DNA from: Saccharofermentanales bacterium
Lineage (GTDB): Bacteria > Bacillota > Clostridia > Saccharofermentanales > UBA5734
Direction of reading: 5' to 3'
Length of the DNA: 63,596 bases
NCBI GenBank assembly: GCA_038326615.1
Contig: JBBQKF010000006.1
Span: forward strand, 1 to 63,596
Shown one piece after another: positions 29,284 through 39,288 of this stretch. The notes beneath the pieces were generated by a model that was given only the letters and a program-made list of their open reading frames with translations, was not told the origin of the DNA and searched no databases. Within the stretch, counting starts at the first letter, position 1. Each line of letters begins with the position of its first letter. The position numbers and the translations under genes were made by a program.

Positions 29284-30744
29284 TTATCGGAAAAGTTCCT
29301 TCAGGTTTTTGCCATCAAGATCCATGTCTTTTGCAATAGCTGGCATTTTACTTGTAGAAGGATTTAGCGCATAATCCAATACGAATGTTTTATCGTTTAG
29401 TAGATTAACATAAGTTCCATATGAAAGACCTGTATAAATTAATTTATCAGCTGTCCCATCAAACTTTATGCTATGAAGATAATAATTATTAGCATATGTC
29501 CCTGCAACTGCATCTTTGTCATATTCAGCATAGAATATATTGCCCTTGTACGAATTAAGCGTTGCAATCGGCTTCGCACCAGCAGCACGAACAAGTTTTA
29601 TGTTTTTGCCCTTGACATCCATGTGTTTGATATCACCAGTTTTTGCCTCGTATACAATTTTGCCATTCCCAATGATAAACCTTGTTATCGGTTCAGTTGA
29701 AATTTTAACACTTGCAGTACCATCTGCTTTTGCAGTGTAAAGGGCACCTAGGCTATTAAGATAATAAAGTTTAGAATCATATATTACAAAAAAGTATATC
29801 GGTCCTTTGAGAATTTGCTTTTCGTTTTTGCCATCAAGCCCACTGCTATAAATATCGTATTCTTCAGATTTTACATCTGGTTTTTTTACGTAGTAAAGGT
29901 TGTTATTATAAATACTCATCCCATAACAATAACCGATATTTAGTTTCTCAAGTCCTGTTCCATCAGTTCTTATTCTAAAAAGATTATATGTACCATCAAT
30001 CGTTTTCCCCTGGTTTCCAGAAAAGTATAGCCAGTTCTGATTAATGACCAACGACCAACCAAATCCATCAAATAGAGATGTCCCTTTGCTAGATCCTTTT
30101 GCTATTTTGTAAATATGTGCAGCAGTATTTGAGTCAAAACTCGAGTAATATTGATTGGAGCCATCATCAAAGAAGTATTGTCCATTCATAATATTGCCAA
30201 GATCATCCGTGTTAACGCCTTTTGATACAAGAGACGATTTCGTGCTTTTTAGAACTCCTGACGGCTTAAATATCATATAAGCGCCAACTAATACAATTCC
30301 TATAATAAGAATGCTGGCAATGCCTATCGCAAGAATGTTTTTCTTCTTGGGGACAGGAGTCGCGGTAAAAGAATTGTAATTTTGATTCATTCCTGCGTTG
30401 TTATTTGCATTATTATAAGGTTGTTGCGAGAAAGCTTGTGGATTTGTTGGTTGTTGCGAGTAACTTTGTTGATTTGTTGGTTGCTGCTGGTAACCTTGTT
30501 GATTTGTTGGTTGTTGCGAAAACCCTTGTTGGTTTAGTTGCGAAGGAGCAACACCTGGCATGCTAGGTTGATTTATGGTATTTGGCGGAGTAGCTTGTGG
30601 ACGAGGGATTGGGGGAGGGGTTATAATGGGAGGCGTTTGATGTGCGGCATTATTTGTTTCTTGCGAAGGTTTTAACGGGGCTCCACAACTCTGACAAAAT
30701 AAATCAGTGTCTTTCATTTGACTTCCACAGTTTTGACAAAACAT
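29284..30744 (-). CDS. Zinc-ribbon / Gln-Pro-rich linker / TM / DUF5050-like beta-propeller membrane protein
   Basis: MFCQNCG...FCQSCG start, QQPTN repeats, one TM, WLYF...LFRIRTDGT-type repeats. Confidence 0.7.
   Translation of the reverse strand: MFCQNCGSQMKDTDLFCQSCGAPLKPSQETNNAAHQTPPIITPPPIPRPQATPPNTINQPSMPGVAPSQLNQQGFSQQPTNQQGYQQQPTNQQSYSQQPTNPQAFSQQPYNNANNNAGMNQNYNSFTATPVPKKKNILAIGIASILIIGIVLVGAYMIFKPSGVLKSTKSSLVSKGVNTDDLGNIMNGQYFFDDGSNQYYSSFDSNTAAHIYKIAKGSSKGTSLFDGFGWSLVINQNWLYFSGNQGKTIDGTYNLFRIRTDGTGLEKLNIGYCYGMSIYNNNLYYVKKPDVKSEEYDIYSSGLDGKNEKQILKGPIYFFVIYDSKLYYLNSLGALYTAKADGTASVKISTEPITRFIIGNGKIVYEAKTGDIKHMDVKGKNIKLVRAAGAKPIATLNSYKGNIFYAEYDKDAVAGTYANNYYLHSIKFDGTADKLIYTGLSYGTYVNLLNDKTFVLDYALNPSTSKMPAIAKDMDLDGKNLKELFR
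30412..30531 (-). repeat. Four 30-bp coding repeats (QQxxxQQPTN)
   Basis: QQGFSQQPTN QQGYQQQPTN QQSYSQQPTN PQAFSQQPYN. Confidence 0.85.
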
Positions 30745-30849
30745 AATTTTTTCCTCCTACACTCTTTCATCATAAGAATTAAATTCTTGTTCTATAGAAT
30801 ATATTATCATGAAATCGTCTGTTTATAAATCATTTATCAAATTTTACTA

Positions 30850-31029
30850 AATCTGCCGAACTTATTAAACTTACCGAACTTACTAAACTTACTTAACTTA
30901 CTTAACTTGCTGAACTGACTAAACTTACTTAACTTGCTGAACTGTCTAAACTTACTGAACTGTCTAAACTTACTTAACTTGCTGAACTGACTAAACTGAC
31001 TAAACTTACTTAACTTGCTGAACTTGCTG
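30850..31029. repeat. Degenerate 9-bp tandem array (about 20 units)
   Basis: Units AACTTACTT / AACTTGCTG / AACTGACTA with higher-order 27-bp periodicity. Confidence 0.9.
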
Positions 31030-31069
31030 GATTATTCTCGTTCAACGCAATGTAAATATTATTTTTTGA

Positions 31070-31225
31070 GGCTATAGCGTTTACTTAAGTAGGATTAAAT
31101 TGCTCTTAAAAATACTATCAAAGAAAGTGGCTTCCATTAATTTATCCATAGTTCAATTTGTAATTGTTTATTTTTAGCATGATTCTGCAGAGTTTTTCAA
31201 CCTTTACTGAGTAAACGCTATAGCC
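31070..31225 (+). mobile_element. MITE family A copy
   Basis: TIR GGCTATAGCGTTTACT and AGTAAACGCTATAGCC; 156 bp; interior homologous to 58699-58854. Confidence 0.85.
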
Positions 31226-31235
31226 ATTTTATTTT

Positions 31236-31871
31236 TTACTCTGCTAAATCTTTTATGGGAGCTTTTCGTCTTTTAATAATAAACCAAGTAATTGCTGCAA
31301 CTCCGATAATTGCTAGTAAAATTGCTGCCACTGTCGAATAAGTATCCATGAATTTAACAATTCTTTCCCATTCATTGCCCATAAGAGCGCCTAAATTTAC
31401 TAGAACAATATTCCAAATAGCTGTTCCCACTGTTGTCAAAAGAAGAAATTTTCCCATATTCATTCCTGCCATTCCTGCTGGAATTGAAATAAGACTTCTG
31501 ATAATAGGAATGAATCGGCATAAAAAAACCGTAACGCCGCCCTTCTTGGCAAACCAATTTTCAGCATTATCAAGATCTTTCCTTTTAAGTCTTAAGATTT
31601 TGCCCCATTTGTCTATAATCCAATAAAGCCTTTCACGACTCAATATTTTACCAAGGCCATACAAAATAACTGCTCCGCCAACAGATCCGAATGTCGCAAA
31701 AAGGCATACAATCCAAATATTCATATGAGTTCTAGGGTCAGTTGTCATGAATCCACCAAAAGTAAGGATAATTTCTGAAGGAATCGGTGGGAAAATATTT
31801 TCGATTGCTATCAAAAGCATAATGCCCCAATAACCAAATTGTTCCATAATCCTGATTATCCAGTCTTGCAT
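31236..31871 (-). CDS. DedA family membrane protein
   Basis: ENIFPPIPSEIIL and RFIPIIRSLISIPAG motifs; likely start ATG 31871. Confidence 0.92.
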   Translation of the reverse strand: MQDWIIRIMEQFGYWGIMLLIAIENIFPPIPSEIILTFGGFMTTDPRTHMNIWIVCLFATFGSVGGAVILYGLGKILSRERLYWIIDKWGKILRLKRKDLDNAENWFAKKGGVTVFLCRFIPIIRSLISIPAGMAGMNMGKFLLLTTVGTAIWNIVLVNLGALMGNEWERIVKFMDTYSTVAAILLAIIGVAAITWFIIKRRKAPIKDLAE

Positions 31872-32036
31872 GTTTGTATTCTCCATAACAGCCAATATGT
31901 TTTTGCTAGATGCTGTCTTCAATTTCTATTTTATAATATTTTACCACAGATCTAGATTTAATATAATAAGGCAATCATCAAATTTCAATCGTTACATCTA
32001 TTAAATTTCTATCACAATCTATTTTCCTCTAATTTT

Positions 32037-32912
32037 TCACCAATGAACCATTAGAGCTTTGGGAAGAATTTCAAACTGAGCCTTGTCAAACGCAAATATT
32101 TCACCATCAACATTAACCCGCATTTTAGAATTTGATTCGATCTTAACAGTATTTGCTTTGAATGACACAGTATCTTTAAATGTCAGAATTTTGCCTGACA
32201 ATAAACCTGGCAAATACCTAATCATCCATGGACGCGTCACATCCTTTATTACAACAACATCAAGAAGTCCATCATCCACTTTAGAGTTTGGTGAAATTGG
32301 CATTCCACCACCGATAAATTTTCCATTTGCAACAGAACAAACAAGAACCTTTTGAGAAAGAACTTTTGCGTCATCAATAAAGAGTGTTATGTCCGATGCT
32401 TTATAATGTATTATTGTTTGTATTACACCCCAAAGATATGGAATCATACCTTTAAAATATTTTTTCGCTTTTATTGAATAGTCTAGCACTGAAACGTCAA
32501 AACCGATTCCACATACATTCATGAATAGTTCGCCATTTATTAAGCCAATATCCACCGGTCTCGGTTTATTCTGCAAAATAAAATCAAGAGCATCCAGTGG
32601 AGATTTAGGTAAACCTAATGATTTTATAAAATCATTTCCAGTCCCAGCAGGAATTATACCAAGTGATGTGTTTGAATTAAACAATCCACGTGAAACTTCA
32701 AAAACCGTCCCATCACCACCAAGTGCTATTATACATTTTATACCTGCGCCTGCAGATTTCTTTGCGATCTCTTCGGCGTGTCCTGCTTTTTCGGTATAAA
32801 ACGCTTGGTAATCAACCTTCTCTTCAGATAGCTTTTCTAAAACTATTGTAGCAATTCTTTTTGCAGCCCCATTGCCAGCTGTTGGATTAATAATCAGATG
32901 AATATTTTCCAT
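32037..32912 (-). CDS. Diacylglycerol/lipid kinase family protein (YegS/BmrU)
   Basis: INPTAG, GGDGT, IPAGTGNDF and VDGE motifs. Confidence 0.92.
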   Translation of the reverse strand: MENIHLIINPTAGNGAAKRIATIVLEKLSEEKVDYQAFYTEKAGHAEEIAKKSAGAGIKCIIALGGDGTVFEVSRGLFNSNTSLGIIPAGTGNDFIKSLGLPKSPLDALDFILQNKPRPVDIGLINGELFMNVCGIGFDVSVLDYSIKAKKYFKGMIPYLWGVIQTIIHYKASDITLFIDDAKVLSQKVLVCSVANGKFIGGGMPISPNSKVDDGLLDVVVIKDVTRPWMIRYLPGLLSGKILTFKDTVSFKANTVKIESNSKMRVNVDGEIFAFDKAQFEILPKALMVHW

Positions 32913-33254
32913 AATCAGACTCCTTGTCTTAGAGCAAATCGAAAAATCATATATCTAACAATAGAATACTACTTTTTGGGATTTATTGAAATAGAAAATT
33001 AGTTTGGTCAGAAGTTTTAGTAAGTATTTAACTGCATATAGCAATTAATTGAAAAATGAGTGTTTCAAAAGTTTTTTTCATTTCACAGGTAAGTTCGCTA
33101 GTTTTGCAGGTTTAATGTAATGAAAAAACAATTGATCCATTTGCTCGCTAATGCTAGACTAAACGTATATTATCCATATACTTTTCAATGATTTCAAACG
33201 CACCTGCCTATATTGTACTACGAAATCCGGTTTCAATTAAGTTAAATAAAAAAA

Positions 33255-34307
33255 TTATCTGTTTTCGATATTGTAAAAAGCAAGGATATTTTCTAAAGGA
33301 ACATCCGCTTGCAAAAAATGACATGAACTCATTATATAACCGCCATTTTCTCCTAGGACAGAAGAAAGATATTTGGCATTCTGATTAACCTCTTCAATTG
33401 TCCCATGTGGTAGTATTTTTTGAGTTTCTCCTGCTCCATGAAAAGTCAGACTGTTTCCAAATTCGGCTTTGATTTTTTTAGGTTCCATGTTCCTTGCAAC
33501 TGTTTGTACAGGGTCAAGTATCTTTATACCCATTTCAACAAACTCTCCCATAAGATTATAAGCAGATCCACAGCAATGGAAAAACGGAGTCACACCATAT
33601 GATTTGGCTAGCGAAATATATTCTACCATTGAAGGTTTGAAAAATTCTCTGAACATATCTTTGCTAATCAACAAGTCAGTCTGGGATGAATAATCATCCG
33701 CCAACTGCATTGCATCTAATCGCCCTTTACCAGCCTTTAATAACCTCTCATGGTAATCGATATGCCAATCAAAACATCGTTTTAGTAAATGTTTAATTAG
33801 TTTTGGGTTCAACATCATATCAACAAAAATATCTTCCATGTTTCTAACAAGAGTCGGGTAATAAAAAATACTGGCAAATCCACCAATCAAAAATCTACCC
33901 TCATATGTTTTACAATTCGCCGTTATACTATTGAAATCCCAATTATCCAAATCAGGTAACTGTAAAACTCGGTCAATGTCTTGAGGAGTTTCGCATTCTT
34001 GTGTAACATAATGTACAACCTCATCATGGGCTCCATAATTATTGTAGACTTTTTTGAGTTTGCTACCGCCCCAGCCAATAATCAGGCCATTATTATCTTT
34101 TTTTTCAGGTTCTCTATTCACTTGAGGGTCAACCCATGCTACATCAATTTCTAGCCCATCCAGTACATCTTTCATTTTATCTGTTTTGAAATGTTTTAAC
34201 ATAATATCCCATATTTCTCCCACGGCTTGGAAATCTACTGGAGTTCTGTCAGGTTGTTTATGATTCAGAGCACATATAACTCTTTCTCTAAATTCCATAT
34301 TTTTCAT
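33255..34307 (-). CDS. URO-D/MtaA superfamily protein
   Basis: RERV...PDRTP, ADDYSSQ...LIS, FHCCG and SSCHF motifs. Confidence 0.85.
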   Translation of the reverse strand: MKNMEFRERVICALNHKQPDRTPVDFQAVGEIWDIMLKHFKTDKMKDVLDGLEIDVAWVDPQVNREPEKKDNNGLIIGWGGSKLKKVYNNYGAHDEVVHYVTQECETPQDIDRVLQLPDLDNWDFNSITANCKTYEGRFLIGGFASIFYYPTLVRNMEDIFVDMMLNPKLIKHLLKRCFDWHIDYHERLLKAGKGRLDAMQLADDYSSQTDLLISKDMFREFFKPSMVEYISLAKSYGVTPFFHCCGSAYNLMGEFVEMGIKILDPVQTVARNMEPKKIKAEFGNSLTFHGAGETQKILPHGTIEEVNQNAKYLSSVLGENGGYIMSSCHFLQADVPLENILAFYNIENR

Positions 34308-34330
34308 CCTTTCTTAAGTGCTAGTTCGTG

Positions 34331-35377
34331 TTAATAGTTACCATACTTTTTTACTGCGTCAAAAAGAGATAAAATATTTTCAATGCTAGTATCAGCTTGT
34401 ACGTTATGTGCTGGGCCAATCAATAGTCCTCCGCCCTTACCTATTGTGTCCATTCTTAATTTTACTTCATCAAAAATATCTTGTCTGGATCCTTTAGGAA
34501 GAGTTTTTTGTATACATATGCTACCCCAAAATGATAGTCTATCGCCAAATTTATCCTTAACCATAGCAGGATCCATTGCTAGCGGCTGTATAGGATTTAG
34601 AACGTCTAACCCGATTTCTATAAGTTCTTCAATAATGGGGATAATGTATCCACAGCTATGATATGCTATAATTATGTTTGGATTCTGCTTTTTGAATTCA
34701 AAAATTAGTTTTTTCATTCTTGGTTTAAGATATTTTCTCCACATCTCCGGAGACATTAGCATTGAATTCTGCATGCCTACATCATCACCAAGCCAAAGCA
34801 TATCCACCCCTTCTTTGATATATCTAATCCCTGCTTTTAGCGGGAATTCCATAACTTTATCAAATAAATCATTTGCGTATTCTTCATTACCTGCCATATC
34901 CATGAGCATGTTATCAATCCCTCTAAGATACCAGGCGGCCTCGAAAATCGAACAAGTAATAGCGCCACAAATAAAGTGACTATCTCCATATTTGTGCATG
35001 AGTTCTTTCATCGGTTTGTATATTTCATCATTCTCTGGATTCGGTATTTGATATTTCAAAAGCAGTTCGCCGTCCTCGTCATTTTCCAAAGGGTGTTCCA
35101 CGATTGTTGTATATCTTCCTGATTCATTTTCAAAGTATCTCCATTTACAGCCCCAGTCACAAATATATTCTTCGCCTTTTCCGTAATAACTATTACCTAT
35201 TCCAGCACCACTCATAAGCATATCGTTTCCAAGTGCGACTTCCATATCATGCTCATTATAAATACCAAAGTGTTCAAACAATGCCGCTGACACTTCAGGT
35301 ACAAATGAAGCAAAAACCGGCACACGATCTGGAATTTTTCTCATTAATGCAATTTTTACTCTTTCTTTAGAATTCAT
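34331..35377 (-). CDS. URO-D/MtaA superfamily protein
   Basis: MNSKERV...PDRVP, CDWG, GDDVGMQ...MSP, YHSCG and GPAHN motifs. Confidence 0.85.
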   Translation of the reverse strand: MNSKERVKIALMRKIPDRVPVFASFVPEVSAALFEHFGIYNEHDMEVALGNDMLMSGAGIGNSYYGKGEEYICDWGCKWRYFENESGRYTTIVEHPLENDEDGELLLKYQIPNPENDEIYKPMKELMHKYGDSHFICGAITCSIFEAAWYLRGIDNMLMDMAGNEEYANDLFDKVMEFPLKAGIRYIKEGVDMLWLGDDVGMQNSMLMSPEMWRKYLKPRMKKLIFEFKKQNPNIIIAYHSCGYIIPIIEELIEIGLDVLNPIQPLAMDPAMVKDKFGDRLSFWGSICIQKTLPKGSRQDIFDEVKLRMDTIGKGGGLLIGPAHNVQADTSIENILSLFDAVKKYGNY

Positions 35378-35389
35378 ACTCAATCTCCT

Positions 35390-36652
35390 CTAGATCCCAC
35401 GGAATTTATTTAATATTTTATACATTTCGATCAGATTTTCAACTGGAACATTTGCGACAACATTATGTATTGCTGCAAAGACAAAGCCGCCGTCCGGAGA
35501 AAAGATTTCGAGTCTTTCCTTAACTTCTTTTTGCACTTCTTCTTTGCTGCCAAAAGGCAAAGTTTTTTGAGTATCTATACCGCCTCCCCAAAAAACCAGC
35601 TTGTCCCCAAATTCATTTTTCAACCGCTGTGGATCCATTCCTGTTGCGCTGCATTGAACAGGGTTTACGATATCCACCCCCATTTCAATAAAGTCGTTTA
35701 GCAAAGGATAAATCGCCCCACAAGTATGATAAAATGTTTTCCAACTTGTATTCTTATGAATCCAGTCATTAATCCTTTTGTAGAAAGGTTTATATAATCT
35801 TCTAAAAACATCCGCTGATGTAAATGTAGCATTCTGAGTTCCAAAATCCGTCCCGGAAAGCCAAATTGTCTGAATTCGGTCGCCAACAGATTGTTTGTAT
35901 AGTTCAAGGTTCTTTAGTGCAATGTCGCATTGATAATCAAAAACTGCTTCAATATATTCTGGATAGAGTAAATGAGCCATCAGCCACTCATCCATTTTTC
36001 TTATCCCCGTGGGTTTAGTCAGAAAAGGGCCTGGTAGTTCTGCAACATCACCGAAACCAGCTCCTCCGAGTACCCCCATTATTGCATAGTCAGTGTATTG
36101 ATAAAGCTCCTTTGACTTTTTTTCCCAGCACTTACAGGTCTCTTCCGAATGCAGATTATAAGAATCTTTAAAATCCTTTACTGGGGTCAGATTTTCTTCA
36201 TCAACTAGGCCGGATCTATCAATATTATCAAAGAAAAACCCATTTTTCGGCATATGTAGACTATACTCAGCATTCCTGTCACCACTGGGATAAACATAAA
36301 TATCACCATCTCCGATTACATCATATTCGAAATTTTGTGGCATTAATACAGGTGTTCCGTCACTCATTGTCCATTTTTTACTCGGTGTACTATTGATTCC
36401 CATTAATGTCCCCGGATTCCATAGAGGTAGTACATCACCTTTAACAATATCAAGCAAATCAGGTTCGATTTCGCCAAGCATCTGATATGGCTCGACAATT
36501 TTAATATCATGTTCATTCAAACCAAGTGCTTTTCTTAATTTAAAAACAGTACTTGCATTCATTCCAGTTTGCCCACAACCTCCTAAATCCATGGGAGTAT
36601 AGTCAGGTTGTTCATGGTTTATCGCCGCGATCACTCGTTCTCTTGAATTCAT
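35390..36652 (-). CDS. URO-D/MtaA superfamily protein (long form)
   Basis: MNSRERV...PDYTPMDLGG, GTDFGTQ, YHTCG, FWGGGIDTQ and AAIHN motifs. Confidence 0.85.
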   Translation of the reverse strand: MNSRERVIAAINHEQPDYTPMDLGGCGQTGMNASTVFKLRKALGLNEHDIKIVEPYQMLGEIEPDLLDIVKGDVLPLWNPGTLMGINSTPSKKWTMSDGTPVLMPQNFEYDVIGDGDIYVYPSGDRNAEYSLHMPKNGFFFDNIDRSGLVDEENLTPVKDFKDSYNLHSEETCKCWEKKSKELYQYTDYAIMGVLGGAGFGDVAELPGPFLTKPTGIRKMDEWLMAHLLYPEYIEAVFDYQCDIALKNLELYKQSVGDRIQTIWLSGTDFGTQNATFTSADVFRRLYKPFYKRINDWIHKNTSWKTFYHTCGAIYPLLNDFIEMGVDIVNPVQCSATGMDPQRLKNEFGDKLVFWGGGIDTQKTLPFGSKEEVQKEVKERLEIFSPDGGFVFAAIHNVVANVPVENLIEMYKILNKFRGI

Positions 36653-36724
36653 ATTTCCTCCAGTAGCTATTTCAAAATCTCACTCATAACTTCATGCTTT
36701 CTCAAGTTAATTCTATAAATAAGA

Positions 36725-37705
36725 TCAAGCTAGTCTTTTTGATTTTTTTGCAACCATCTGGATAATAACTGCAATGACCAGAACTACCCCGGTAGCAATA
36801 TCACGAAATGCTTGAGGAGCGCCAATCATAATCAATCCATTTGATAATATCCCTGTCACCACAACTCCTAAGAATGCACCAAAAACGTTGCCTTCTCCAC
36901 CAGCAAGTATCGTCCCCCCCAGTACTGCTGCAGCGATTGATTCAAGTGCGTATGAACTACCAATGCTTGGATTTGCAGTTGCAATACGGGATGCCAGCAT
37001 GATTCCGGCGAAACCTGCCAACAAGCTACTCAATGCATAGGTTTTCATGGTTACTCTTTGAATATTTATCCCTGCAATTTCAGCTGCTTTTGGATTTCCG
37101 CCTGTGCAATATAGATGTCGGCCGAACTTTGAGTATTTAAGTATAAACCCAAAGAAAATGTACATAAATATGAGAATAATGATTGGAAGAGGGAACTTTA
37201 TTGCTCCAAATGTAGTTGCACCTAGAAATTTAAATGCCGGCAGATTGACTGTTATCGGTTGTTTCGTTATAAGGATAACAACACCACCTAATATGAAACT
37301 CATTGACATTGTTGCAATAAATGGTGATACTCTGGCTTTTGTTATCAAAATACCATTTGTTAACCCAATGGTTAAAGCTACAAGCAACCCTGCTGGAAGT
37401 CCTATCCAATAGGGAAGGCCCAGCATCGAAGGAGAACATATAGCTCCCACTACCACTCCAGAAAGTGCTGCCACTCCACCAACCGATAGATCAAATCCGC
37501 CATTAAGAATACATAGTGTCTGTGCTATAGCAATGATGCCAAGAGTTGCTATTTCTCTGCCAACAGGCAAAAAATTATCAAGTTTTAAGAAATATGGCGT
37601 CAAGTTTGAAAATATCAGAATTTCAATGCCAATCAAAATGACAAGCAACAACCTGTTCATAATTGAATAATTTAATTTCAAAAAAATCCTTTTTTTATTA
37701 TTCAT
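36725..37705 (-). CDS. Monosaccharide ABC transporter permease
   Basis: GGFDLSVG, GGNPKAAEIAGI and AAAVLGGT motifs. Confidence 0.9.
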   Translation of the reverse strand: MNNKKRIFLKLNYSIMNRLLLVILIGIEILIFSNLTPYFLKLDNFLPVGREIATLGIIAIAQTLCILNGGFDLSVGGVAALSGVVVGAICSPSMLGLPYWIGLPAGLLVALTIGLTNGILITKARVSPFIATMSMSFILGGVVILITKQPITVNLPAFKFLGATTFGAIKFPLPIIILIFMYIFFGFILKYSKFGRHLYCTGGNPKAAEIAGINIQRVTMKTYALSSLLAGFAGIMLASRIATANPSIGSSYALESIAAAVLGGTILAGGEGNVFGAFLGVVVTGILSNGLIMIGAPQAFRDIATGVVLVIAVIIQMVAKKSKRLA

Positions 37706-37725
37706 TATCTTTATAATCCCCCAAA

Positions 37726-39222
37726 TTAAGTCTTAATTGCATAGCTTAATATATCTTCTTCGCTAAGCTCGCTTATTGATTCCAATTCCACTTCTATCCT
37801 GCCATCACGCATAACCAATAATCGATCTGACATTGCAAATATTTCCGGCAGTTCAGATGAAATCATGATGATCGATTTTCCTTCCATTGTAAGTTTGTCC
37901 ATAAGTCTGTATATTTCAGCTTTTGCACCAACATCAATACCTCTAGTCGGTTCATCAAAAATCAATATATCCGCTTTTGCTCCTAACCATTTGGAAATTG
38001 CGATTTTTTGCTGATTCCCACCTGAAAGAGTTTCTACTTTGGTCCTTACACTTGGTGTTTTTGTATTTAACATTTTCACCATTTGCTTTGTGAATTTTTC
38101 TTCTTCAGTGATTCTAATAATTCCATTTTTTATAAAATTTTTCAGACTTGGCATTGTTGTATTTTCTGTAACATTTAATCCTACTGCCAGGCCTTCACCA
38201 CGCCTGTCTTCTGTAAGAAATCCGATTTTAAGATTTACTGCATCCTCTGGATGCCTTATTTCAACGATCTTATTGTTAACTTTTATTATTCCGGAATCTT
38301 TCTTTTGCAGTCCGAATATCAGTCTTGCTGTCTCGGTTCTACCGGCACCTACAATTCCGAACATTCCAAGAATTTCACCTTTTTTTAGACAGAAAGATAC
38401 ACCTTGAACTTTGGATCCCCATGATAGGTCAGAGACTTCCAATACATTTTCATCGATAACATTTCCTCGGTGTTTTTCATATAATTTCATATCTCTTCCC
38501 ACCATCATTGTAATGATGTTCTGCGTAGTGATCTTGTCAACATCATTTGTTCCTATGTAATTACCGTCTTTAAAAACTGATACTCTTTGACAAATCTGAA
38601 ATATTTCTGCAAGTCTATGACTTACATATATTATTGAAATCCCCTGTGCTGTTAATTGCTTTATTAACGCGAACATTTCTGCAGTTTCTTCATCCGACAA
38701 TGAACTAGTGGGTTCATCAAATGCAATAATATTTACATCCATAGAGATTGCTTTCATTATTTCAACTAATTGTTGATGTCCCATACTCAATGTTGATACA
38801 ATTTGTTCAGGTCTAAAAGAAAGGGCGGCGGATCCAAGCCTATTTTGAAGTTTAGTAGTATCTTCATTCATCTTGTTCCAGTCAACAATTCCTTTTTTCA
38901 TCGGATAATTAGTCATAAAAACATTTTCTGCAACAGTCAAAGTTTGTGCCAAATGTAATTCCTGAGGAATTAATGCGATTCCATTTTTTCTGCACTCCAT
39001 TGTGTTTTTATAATTGACTTTTTCGCCTAAGTATTCAATTGTTCCTTCGTCTTTTTCATATAAGCCAGTTACAATTTTTATCAATGTTGATTTGCCTGCT
39101 CCATTTTCACCGCATAGGGCATGCACTTCTCCTTTACGAAGATCAAATCTTACATTATTTAATGCTTTGACACCAGGAAAACTTTTACTGATATTCTCAC
39201 ATTTTAATATAACCTCATTCAT
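37726..39222 (-). CDS. Monosaccharide ABC transporter ATP-binding protein
   Basis: GENGAGKST, FDEPT and LSGGNQQK motifs; likely start ATG 39222. Confidence 0.93.
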   Translation of the reverse strand: MNEVILKCENISKSFPGVKALNNVRFDLRKGEVHALCGENGAGKSTLIKIVTGLYEKDEGTIEYLGEKVNYKNTMECRKNGIALIPQELHLAQTLTVAENVFMTNYPMKKGIVDWNKMNEDTTKLQNRLGSAALSFRPEQIVSTLSMGHQQLVEIMKAISMDVNIIAFDEPTSSLSDEETAEMFALIKQLTAQGISIIYVSHRLAEIFQICQRVSVFKDGNYIGTNDVDKITTQNIITMMVGRDMKLYEKHRGNVIDENVLEVSDLSWGSKVQGVSFCLKKGEILGMFGIVGAGRTETARLIFGLQKKDSGIIKVNNKIVEIRHPEDAVNLKIGFLTEDRRGEGLAVGLNVTENTTMPSLKNFIKNGIIRITEEEKFTKQMVKMLNTKTPSVRTKVETLSGGNQQKIAISKWLGAKADILIFDEPTRGIDVGAKAEIYRLMDKLTMEGKSIIMISSELPEIFAMSDRLLVMRDGRIEVELESISELSEEDILSYAIKT

Positions 39223-39288
39223 TTTGTTCCTCAATTCAAAATCAGAGTGTGATAACCAGAAAATCTGGTCATCACACACTTCGTTTCC

